NCBI GenBank assembly: GCA_030248215.1
Contig: JASANG010003092.1
Location: 558,001 to 622,000 of the forward strand
Direction: 5' to 3'
DNA length: 64,000 nucleotides
Source of the DNA: Enoplolaimus lenunculus
Taxonomy: Eukaryota
The stretch's first letter is position 1. Every line of letters starts with the position of its first letter. The notes beneath the pieces were generated by a model, which saw nothing but the letters and a program-made list of their open reading frames with translations, was not told the DNA's origin and did not search any database. Shown in pieces: positions 41,101 through 53,100 of the stretch. The translations under genes were made by a program, and so were the position numbers.

Positions 41101-44100
41101 GATAGACTACGGGTGTCCCAGTTGGTGAGAGATAGGTTGTGTGTGGTCGGGGGGTTGGGAGTGGTGGGTGGGGTTGATGGCCGAGTAGTAAGCGGTTTAC
41201 CGGTAAGGGGAGGTTCAGAAGAATGAAGTTGGGCCAGGGTAGATGACGTTGGCGACTGGGAGGAGGGGTTAGGGTGGGTTTGGGAGGTTCGGCTGGTAGT
41301 GGGTAAAGGGAATGCCGAAATGAATATAGCGACGAGAGGGATTAAGCTGTAGGCATTGGTCGTTGCTAGTACGATCATAATTGCTTAATGAGAGTTTGGA
41401 ATACGGTGAGTTAGGTAGCGTGTTATGAGGACAGAGAAGCAATATCTGTCGGATGAGCGTGTTGAGCTTTAGTTTTGCGGACAGTTTCAGGTAAAGGTAT
41501 TCAATAGAGAAAAGGTGGTGCGTTTCCGATTACTGTAATGATTTGCGGTTGGCGAGCGATGTAAAATAGTAAAGTAGATTGAGTTAACATGGCTGTAGTT
41601 AAATTGTGTTTAAGTGAGTTTGAATTCGGATAATTGTTTGTTTTATTGTTGAGTAGATGTGAATGAAACAGAATGTACGTAACACTAGTAATTGGTTTAT
41701 GGTTATGTGTACTATATACAATATACATAAGTACTTATTATGCTGAAATTGAAATATATTGTTTTTGTGCCATACCTTTGGGTTTGTTTTCTGTTAAGTG
41801 TCCGTCAGAATGCGTTTGCCCAAACGGTATCACAATAATGATTCGTCGCTCGACAACTTCTATTGTGAAATTTCATTGATTGCACAATTAGGATTTCGCT
41901 TAGGATTATGCATCGATGTATTTACAAGCGTTAGGACTAGGACATTGTTGGGCGTCAAGTTGTCGGGTGACGAATTGTCATAGATCCTACTCTGAAACAT
42001 GGCTGGATTTTGAAATTTTTACATATTAAGCGTTAATAAGGTAACTTTAAACTTTAATTACGCCAAAGGCACAAAAATTTCTGAAATTTCATGCCGGATC
42101 GGTTTCACCTGGGTCTTTCGACGGGCTTGGGCGCCGTCGTAGGGGGTATGACTTGTCCGCCGCGGCACTGCAGACACAGTATACGTTTTTGTTAAAGTGG
42201 CAAATCATAGTCGCAATCCGTATGTTTTGTATACAGCTATGCTTTAAATGAAAATTATGTAGTTAAAAAAAGTTTATACAGTAGTACTGTGCTTATTCAC
42301 GCTCCGTCATTTATGCGGTCTTTCAGTAGTTAGCCGGACAGCCAGTTAGAAATTAGTACGAAATTGTTTTCATATTCCGTATTTGTGCACATCATTCCAC
42401 TCGCGTCAAATGTACAAACACTTTGTTCCGTATTCTCAAAACGTGATATTATGCCCTATCATTGTATAGAAACACCCTTATTTGTAACTAGCACTAGGCA
42501 TATTATTTCTAGTCTTAGACCAGTTTTAGTGCTCTTTCAATTATCGTGTATTTTATCATATGATGGACACGCCGAAATTCATCAAGCTGGATATCTGAAA
42601 TAGGCACTGTACTTCCTTTTTGATACAGTCTTAGTGATTACTGGAACGACCAGGCGTGTGAATTAAATTTCAACCATTCGTGACTCTTGACTCGTGCGTG
42701 GTCGCCCACTGTGTCAGACGTTTAAATTTGTTAAATTGAACAGCAGCTGCAGTAGTAGTAGACTCAGAATATTGGCAAACAGCTTCCTTATTATACTCAG
42801 TTATGATTATACGTACATACCACAATGGCAATAATACCAACAGTAATAATAATAATAATGATAATAATAATAATAATAATGATAATAATAATAATAATGA
42901 TAATAATAATAATAATGATAACAACAACAACAACAGTAATAACAGTAATATGATTTGGCTTTGTGTGACTATCATGCATTAGTACTAAAGGTTATTTTCT
43001 GGCTGTTTATTAAAGCGTAATTTGAATAATTCAATATGACGTATGGGCTCAGTAAAGAATATCGAAATCACCGGAATATTTTTAAAGGATTAGCTTTATA
43101 TCTGGTTTGAATCGGTTTATTCGCTATATGCCAGGGTGCAATCGGAATTCTGATTCCGATTAGAATTCCGATTCAAAAGGAGTTTCGATTCCGATTGCAC
43201 AATCAATCGGAATCGGAATTTCCACATTTTATTTCAAGCCTACTTGTTGTGGTATGTTGTATAAAAATTCTGCATCATTTATCTATTAAATTGTTTTCGA
43301 TAAGTTAACGTATCAATAATTGATTGTAGTTTAGCTTTAAATACAGAACCAAACACTGATTGCCAATTTGTTCATGCGACGTTTTTGAGAATTGTTGCCA
43401 AACAACAGACACCCTAAATCAATATTACACTTGTTAATGCAAATTATCCGTATAGTCACAGATTTTGTAGTTCCCACTCCGATTCCGATGTAAATTTGCT
43501 GTTCCGATTCCGATTCTAGTATAATCCAGTTCCGCTTTGCACCCTGCTATATGCAAACTCACCGGTTGTATGGCGGAACTGCGGTGCCGTATGCTTTTCC
43601 GGTTGAGAATCTTGCATTCTGGTGTGAGAATACAAGGCATTGTTGTAAAATCTGCATACGTAATAAATTACAGATACTAACTGCATTTGTGATATTATCT
43701 TATTTCCATGCAGTGAGTGATTGTCGCGTGCGACAGCGGCTATTAATTATCGAGACGTCGGGGTTTTTGGTTGAATACAGTTCGGGCGTGTTCTACTAAG
43801 TAAAGATGGTACGAAGAATATAACGAGTATCATCCTGTATTTTAGTAATGCTGGTTATAAAACAGGTTGTTCTAAAGCCTGTAAACGTCCTTCCTTCTGT
43901 GTTGTCACTCCGAAATTTCGTAGGGTGATATTATATCGCCCTGTCGTTCTGTCCGTCACCATATATGCGACCCTAAAATTTTAAGCTTGTGTATTAAGTA
44001 GCTGGAAAGTGAAGCAACAAACTCATACTTACGTATATTTGCCATATACCAGGAAAATATAAATGTAGTCGATTGCGTTTGGTGTTCAATTCTAACAAGA

Positions 44101-47100
44101 TTAAACTATGATTACAGTGAAGTTATGATTGTTCTGCGTCTAAATTTGATTTTGTTCATAAAATGAAATAAGTTTAGGGTATTTTAAAAGTGGCGAATTG
44201 TTTATTTTCTTGCAAGGATAAATTTTGTGTTTTGAAATTTTTAAGGTTTCAATGCGCGTGTTTATAGCAAATATTTCAATATTCTACCATTGACCAGTTC
44301 CACCGCCGAAGGCGTAAGAATTCGTTATTTGTGTTGTAGCCTTACCATATCACCTTATGGGCTAGAGAATACATTATGAGCGTCAGTTCAACTGTTGAAA
44401 CGCCTAAATGTGTGTGACCAGGGTCAAGGTTTTATTGAATTAGTTACATGATTCGACACTTCGTTGAAGAGCTAAATAAGAATCTGGGGTGTTTTGAAAA
44501 TCCCATAACTTTATAAAACCTGCGGTTGTATTTACTTTGACGTTCCAGTGTGTTAAATAGAAAGCTTTTGGTTCGATTAACATTTTATTTTTCAGCAAAC
44601 ACTGTATATCTAGCAATAAACGACTATAATTCATTTTGGCAAAACAAAATGCATTCTTACACAATATTCGTTTGCACTGGTTTTTAGTTGTCCCGGCCGT
44701 GGTAAAAATTCCGGCTCCGGGACAACTCACTATTTGACGTTATTAAGAACGTTTTTGTGTATTATAAAATGATTTGTATAGATTTTCTGGCATTCGTTAA
44801 CTGGTTTCGGAGTTACGGATAGCAAAACGTATGCCGGATGTTTGCGGTTATGGCCCCGGATATCTTAAATCTGCTTTCTACTGTATGAAAATACGAGACA
44901 TTTTGGTGGGACTGCATTTTCGGACAAGTCAAGAAGCTTAAGTTGTTGACAATGCAGTGAACTGAAAAATGTAACAAAACATATACTTTTGCACTACTCA
45001 AATACTACCAACTTGCGGCTCCGGTCAAAAATTTCATATCCGGTATATATTGGATTAAAATAATATCTTATCGCTACCTCTGACTATGAACGTAAAACGT
45101 CGGCCTCTCATTGTTGGCAGATTCCGGCTCCGGTTTTTGCTCAGGGTGTCATTTTGTCATGCGACCTTTAGTGTCTGTGACGGTCAGGAAAAAATAATAG
45201 GCGACAAAATAAGCCTAACAAGCAGACACCTGATGTAGACCGTGTTTGTGTATGTTTATGACTTTTTATAATTGCATCAACAACATATATATCATAATAA
45301 TGCGAGCGAAAAATTTTAATAGGTTTAAGATAATTTATATGGCACGTATCGACTATTTATATATGTTTGTAAATTTGCTAATTTAGACACAACTGACGAT
45401 TTTTTGTCTATTTGCGAGACTAAGGACGGTACATACAGACTATATATCCTAGGAGACAATTAGTGTGGCTCTGTTGGGTCTGGGTTGAATGAGGATGAAC
45501 AGTGGGAGTGTAGTCGAAGTTCTGGTTCAGAGTCTGATTTTTGCCCGTCAGTATCGTTTACAAGGGTAAGATAGAGGGGATAGTAATATCCCGTCCCAAA
45601 ATTTTGGACAGATCAGAAAACAGCAAAAAGCTTTTAGATTAATTTTCTTGATCTGAGAGGATCGAAATTTTTTTGCATAAGGTTAAAACTAAAATTTAGG
45701 CTGCGCTCGTAATACCCGTGGCAGGTATGTTATGGGTGAAGGATTGACCGTCTGAAACAGTTTAATAATTTTGCTTCCAAGTACATTTTGTAGGGCTATT
45801 CTTGTAGTCATGGCTCACAGTGATCTTACATTGATAACTGTCAAAAGACTCCGTATTTTATAAGGAGTACTACGGGTAGCAGGTTATAATTCGGGTTTGA
45901 ATCGTATTTCAACACTATAAAACTTACCTAGCTGGTTTAAGGTTGAACAGCAAGTAAAACGTACACAATATAATTGCTGCTATCGAAAGTTCAAAATAAA
46001 TACCGATGAATATACGCAAGACGGTATTTAAACACTGATACTGAGATAGAGACCTTGCGTGAGTTCTTATGAGTTTCCTAGACTTGTCGGCTCTTTTCCG
46101 CGATTGTGCCAGCTGCAGGCGGCGCTTACTTAAGAATGATGGGTGTTGCTAAATATATATATAATATATACATATATAATATATATTTATATATATTTAT
46201 ATATATAATATATAATATATATCAAAATGTAACCTTACTTACAACTTGCCGGAAACGGAATCGGAACGGGAATGTGAAAAATACATGCCGCTAAAAAATT
46301 CATTTTAATTTACTTTTTTTGATATTATCGGTGAGTTAACCTTAGTTGAAGTTAGGTATTTAAATACCGAAATTTGTCATTCCTGAAAAATTTTACCCGA
46401 ACCGGAAGTTGAAACATGCCGGAACCAAAATTCCAGTTGTACCCTGATATATGTATATATGTGTATGTATGTGTATATATGAATGTATAATTTGGTGCAG
46501 TTCCTGGTTATAAAAACCGGAAAATATATATCCAATGGTCATGGCTTAAAAAATATTGTTAAATGTCTTAATAAAACTCACTCATTAAAACTCACTCATA
46601 TATAATGTATGATAATCGCACGGTGTTCGCATTTGCAAGCAGACGTTTTGAGTGAAAAAAAAGTTTTTTGTGATAAACTTGATACCGTAAAGTGCTCATG
46701 GGAAACGGGGAAAGGAACGAGAAATTAATTTTCTTTGTGAAACTTGCGTATTTTTCACATCACTTACTAATATTTGAAATATTATTTAGTAGCCAGAGTA
46801 GAGTAGTTAATTGCGTTGTATCGTTAGGAATAAATCATAACACAATTGTAAAGAAAAATTGTACCTACAGATTTGAAGTCAAAATGCATTACAGTGTTGC
46901 GAAAGTTTCAGGTTTTGGCGTAACTTATGTGCTTAGAATTAAGAAGGCTAGGCTTAAGCTTAGAGGCTAAAGTTTAGGTAAATGTAACAAGTGTTCAGTA
47001 TTACATGAAGCAGACGCGTAAAACAACTTCCGTCATTTTTATGGGACTAGTTTAGTTTCTACCCCACAAAAGTTTCCTACTTAATTTTCTGGAGGCTCTG

Positions 47101-50100
47101 CGCAACATGGGGACGGTCGCTATCAAACCTACCCCCCACTAAGCAGCTCATTATTAGAACAGCTAAAATTTCTAATCAAGTAATTTTGATACTGTTTTTT
47201 GTCCCTGTAGTATGAGAACGGCTTATTTCGGGGCACTTGGGGGCGGTAACCCCCGTCTTGTGTGATGTTTTTTTGAAATTCAGGGGGTTCATGAGAGCGG
47301 CAGTTCCCATGGTTGTAAAGTACAATTGTAAAGAATACCCTTACTACTTAGTAAGTACTCGCAAAGCGGAACGGGATTATACGGGAATCGGAACAGCAAA
47401 TTTATACCGGAATCGTAGTCGGTATCAGATCTAGAAATTTTGTGACTGTACGGATAATTTGTATTATATATAATATTGATTAAAGGTGTCTGTTGGCCGG
47501 CAACAATTTTCAAAAACGTCATGTGAACAAGCTGGCAATGATTTTTGGTTCTGTAAAGCTAAACTACAATCAATTGATAAGTTAACTCATCGAATGCAAT
47601 TTAATTGAGAAATCGTATAGAATTTTTATGCTACGTATCACAACAATTAGGATCAAAATTAAAATTTAAAAAACGTATCGCAACAATTAGGATTAGAATT
47701 AAAAATGAAACATTCCGGCCGTTTACTAGACTTACCTTGTCGAATAAATGTTTGAAGAAAACGTTTTCAATGTATGAAATTATTACTAGTGTAAGGGGGG
47801 GTCAAATTGCATATTTATATGCGTTACGGACACGTTACTCGATAAAAAAGACTTTGAAACGACAGCTGCAGAATGTTAAATGAACCATTTTGAACCATAA
47901 ACAGCGCGATTATAATAAGCGCGGTCTGATAAATGTCCTAATTTAGTTTTTGGTTCAACAAACTTTAAGGTGTTGTTGGCGTACGTTGAATTTTTGAAAG
48001 CATTTTCTAATTATATACCGCGACAAATACGTGTCACCCCAGCCTCGTTGGAACATTAGTAAGAAGCAAATATACGTATAAAGTGAATTTGGTTCGCGAT
48101 AAATAACAATGAAATAAGGCAACGCAAATTCCTATGATTAACAGGAAATTCACCTGTTCTGGCATATATATTACTGGGCCCGTTACGGTTTGTGGTCGGT
48201 TTATTGCTTAAAATTAGGAAAAAATGTTGTATGAACAATTTCGTTTCGATGGTACATGTTGGAACTTAGCTCCTTGGCTTAATGCTGGTATTTATAATGA
48301 GAGTAGTATTTTGAAATACGTACTTGTTTATTCCCCCGACACTGGCAAAAATTTGATAGAAAGCAAAAGTTGCATACATTACTGTTTTTTTATTTTAATG
48401 GGCCTAAGCTTATTCTTAGTCTAAATTTAAGGGCATGCCCAAGCCTATTTTATGAATGCAGTCATTGAATGCCGTCAGGGATCGACCAGACATCCGGATC
48501 CGATTTAATATCCGGCAAATAATTGACGTATGTATCCATTTTTGATATCCGGTTATAAATTTACCGGATAGAGGGTATTTGCGGTTGGTTTTGTATGAGG
48601 AAATAATGGATATTTTGCAGCGACTGCATTTCTGAGCAAGTCCAGAAGTGACATTGCCATGAAATGTTAAATCCAAGCCAACAATTAATTTTAAATCAGC
48701 AAACATATTTTTGCATGACTCAAATACTACCGGCTACCAGCAGTGCACAAATATAGATCCTATTTCTGGTTAACATCCGGTATACGGTAAAATTAATATC
48801 CGGTCGATCCTTGAGCTGTTCGGAATTTGAAGTTAATAATAATGATAATAATTATAATAATAACAACAACAACAACAACAACAACACGTAATCGTAACAA
48901 TTCAGTTTGCAAAAATAAAATCAGGCCTGGAGCCAAGGGGGCAGGCAAAGTTTTTCTACAAGGGGCATACAAGTATTTGCGAACACTTACAAGTGAGTTG
49001 TAAGCTTTTCCATAGAAACTGAGCGTCCTGACTCTCCTCTGGCTACGGGCCCGGTAATAATGGTTCGCGGCTGGGGCGATTTTTTTCGAACGAATTGTGT
49101 AATTTTTTGACATTATAACCGTCATATCTGTTTAAAATGTTAAATGTCTAAAGATTACACTAGAAAAAATGCTCAGCACTTGAGCAAAAAGGGATATGTT
49201 TCATATTCCTATTAAAAGTATGGTAAACTAGAACAGCACATTCGCTTGATGTAACCTGGAAAAGTATTAAGAAACAATAGCGGCCAAAATCATGCTAATT
49301 ATTAATTTTTCTGAAACATCTTGCGGACAGCAAATCTATTTCTAACATTGAAGTTTTTGACAGGATTTGTTAAAAATTTTCAGAAATTCCTTAGAGTCGC
49401 AGAGACATGGCTGAGGTATACCGCTCTTTGATTTTGCAAGTTAATCGATGTTGCCAGAATACGGTGCGATTTGTGAGCTTCTATAGTCGTGACTATGCAG
49501 TGAAACAGATAAATAACTCGGATGGGAAATGCGCATTTATATAATTTGTCACAAAGGTAAAAAATCGAGTAAACTCAAAAGTCACTTATAAGTGGAGCCT
49601 TTTTTATTATGTCGCCACACAATGCTCTTATGAAATTCAATTAACTATGGTAATACAAAGCCATAGGTAAATTTAATACGTTTTGCAGAGAACTTCAATA
49701 TACATTCATGGATTCCAAGCTAAATCTGTCTACATTTCAGAAATAATTTCGCTTTGCATTCAAGAAAAGCATCTGTTTCTTACAAAAAAATATTACAGAA
49801 TAATTGACATGATTTTGGCCGCTATTGTTTCTTAATGCTTTACCAGGTTACATCAAGCGAATGTGCTGATCTAGTTTACAATACTTTTAATAGAAATATG
49901 AAACATATCCCTTTTTGCTCAAGTGCTGAGCATTGTTTTCTAATTTCAACCGCTTTACCAAGCTGCTGCATTAATCCATGGGGGTGACATCGTCCGTTGC
50001 GGTGAAGCTAACCGTTTGTGTGAAACCAACCCTTGGGCTGAAACCGACCGTTGAAGTGAAACCAGCCGTTAGGGAGAAACCAACCTCTGTTGCAAAATTA

Positions 50101-53100
50101 ACCGCTGGGGTGAAATTAACCGCTGGGGTGAAACGAGCCCCTATGGTGAAACGAACCGTTGGGGCAAAACCAACCGTTGGGGTGAAACTAACCGTTCGGG
50201 TAAAACCAACCGTTGGGGTGGAACCAACTGTTGGGGTGAAACCATCCGTTGGGGTGAAACCAACCGTTGAGCTGAAACCAACCGTTGGGGTGAAACCAAC
50301 CGTTGGGGCAAAACCAACCGTTGGGGTGAAACCAACCGTTGGGGCAAAACCAACCGTTGGGGTGAAACTAACCGTTCGGGTAAAACCAACCGTTGGGGTG
50401 AAACTAACCGTTCGGGTAAAACCAACCGTTGAGGTGGAACCAACTGTTGGGGTGAAACCATCCGTTGGGGTGAAGCCAACCGTTGGGGTGAAACCAACCG
50501 TTGAGCTGAAACCAACCGTTGGGGTGAAACCAACCGTTGGGGCAAAACCAACCGTTGGGGTGAAACCAACCGATGAGGTAAAACCAACCGTTGGGGTGGA
50601 ACCGACTGTTGGGGTGAAACCATCCGTTGGGGTGGAACCGACTGTTGGGGTGAAACCATCCGTTGGGGTGAAACCATCCGTTGGGGTGAAGCCAACCTTT
50701 GGGGTGAAACCAACCGTTGAGCTGAAACCAACCGTTGGGGCAAAACCAACCGTTGGGGCAAAACCAACCGTTGGGGTTAAACCAACCGTTGGGGTGAAAC
50801 CAACCGTAAACTCTATAAAGTGGTGAAAGTTATAATCGTAAAATTACGTAGCTAACGTGTAAAAAGTGTTGAACCAAAATGAAAAATTTCGTTCACTTTC
50901 TGTAAGGAGTTTTTGACCATAACTATTGAAGACCACACTGGTTTGCAAAATCCTTTGGCACAAATATTCCCTACGTACCAGGATACCAATGTACAAAATT
51001 TAAACGATAGCGGTCTGATATTACTTGAGCACCAACATGCGAACTAAACTGAAAATACGCGCTTGAGATGCGCGAATCATATATATGAACACTATCGTGT
51101 TCATATGATTTTTAAAAGGTCACAGGAAATTCGAATCAAAAATACTGCTTTGCAAGCGTTATTATCGTGAGCGGATCCATAAGAAATTAAACGGGAGTTT
51201 ACATGTTGGGATGCGCGGAAGCAAAGCGTTACTATGACCGCGTACACTCGATTAATGCTATTCAAACAGTATATGCAGTTGTCGATTGTTGTATTGAACA
51301 AAGTTTCTTGCTTAATACTGTGGATTATGGGGGTTCACTTTACCAGCACCCAATGTATCACCATGCGTCCACCCCCTGATCACCAGCTCGAACCTACCGC
51401 TGTATACGTCAATTGCGCATCAAAGATTTTTGTGGCAACGGTAACTGACGTTTAAATTAACAATAAAGAAAAACATTATAATATGGTAAATGCTAACAAC
51501 GCGATTTGTGGCAAGGATTTTATTTCAGGACGGTTTTTGGTGAGCGAATTTTAGCGAGCGAGAAATTTTTTGGACTGATACAGGAGCAGGTTAATTTTGA
51601 AGCGTGTAAAAGAACGGTATTTTTTCTTTTCTTTCTGTAGAAAATTCGAGATCGGATTAGGTATATACACCACAATACCTTGCGTTGTATACACCCATGA
51701 TTATTGCTAATTGTAGTGAGCTTTTGTGATAATTTTGAAATGATACGTGTGAGGAAAAAGTCTTTGGCGCTTATGAACCTGGGATAATTTCAAAACAGTT
51801 TTTGCCCTAAAAACCCTTGTAATATGGTATGGTGTTCTCGGTCTTGCTATATTTTTTATATATTCGGGAATTAAAATGATTCTGCAAGTGTCTTACAGTC
51901 TAATGTGACAGTGGGAGGGGTGCAATGTATATATATTGTGAAAAACAAAAAAACCCTTGCATGCGAATGGAGCATATACCCAAATGCAATTTTCGTTTCG
52001 CAAAAGTCCAGATATCATTTTATCATAAAACTATTCAAATGGGTACGTCTCCGTCCCACGACCCCACTCTGGATTCATCTCTGATTCCAGCAATCCCGTT
52101 TATATTACAAATCTATGCGTACATACGGGGTTTAAATAGCCGAATAGCTGGAGTGTTCTAAATACAGTTACTTTTCATGCCGTTTCAGGCGTACAGCATT
52201 CATCATAATCGTTCCTGTTAATTGTGCGGTACCAGTGGTCTACAGGGGCTTAGCCAGAGGAAGGGGGGCAAGGGAACTCTGACCTCTCCAATAACTTTCA
52301 GAAATTTTTTCTACTTGCTAAACTAAATATGCTAGCTGAAACCACCATGCTTAATACAAATACCACTACCTATATACTTCGGTAATTGGCGTGGCTCTCT
52401 TCTCGAAACCAAAATCCTGAATATGCCCATGGTGGCCTACCGAAGAATTCGGATTGTCTGGGGAACGGGCGTCGAAAAGCTGGACTTGAATGTGATTGGT
52501 TTTGTTAATTTGAAATTGGCAAACGATAAGGATTGATGATATTAATTTATAATCTTTGCCTGACAGAAATGAATTCTGATTGGGCCATTGGGCGATCCAC
52601 TTGGGTCCCTCTAACGGTGCGCCCCTGTGCGGTAATGGTTCGAAAAAAGGAACAGTATAAAAAGGTGTAATATTTTCACAGTTGAGTTCTGAAGCTTGGC
52701 ACTGTTAAGCTGTACGGTGCTAAATCGAAGTTGAGTTTAAATTGTCATACGTAATTTGTTGACCTGGTATATATATTGGTGTTTCGTTTGGCTTGGCTTG
52801 CTTCGTTATTGCTTTTTTGGTGTATGAATGTGTAACAAGGAAGTAAAACATGGGTAGAATGTGCGTTAGACCAACAGTGCAAGCGATTCATGTTATTGTG
52901 AACAGTCAACTCGCCATACTGATTAAAAAATTGGAAAGATTTTGGTAATTAACATCTAATCTTGCAAACAAAAACAAAGATGCTGTTGGGTATGGAGCGC
53001 TGTGGGACGGGCTAGAATTGGCGTCTCCATAGTGCAAGACGCCTAACAGAAGCCAAAAAAATGAACAAAAACCAGACGACAGATTTCTTTCGGTTTAGAA

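Noticed and set aside
49980..50806. CRISPR-like palindromic repeat array
   Set aside because: Units are head-to-tail with no unique spacers, there are no cas genes, and the context is a eukaryotic intron
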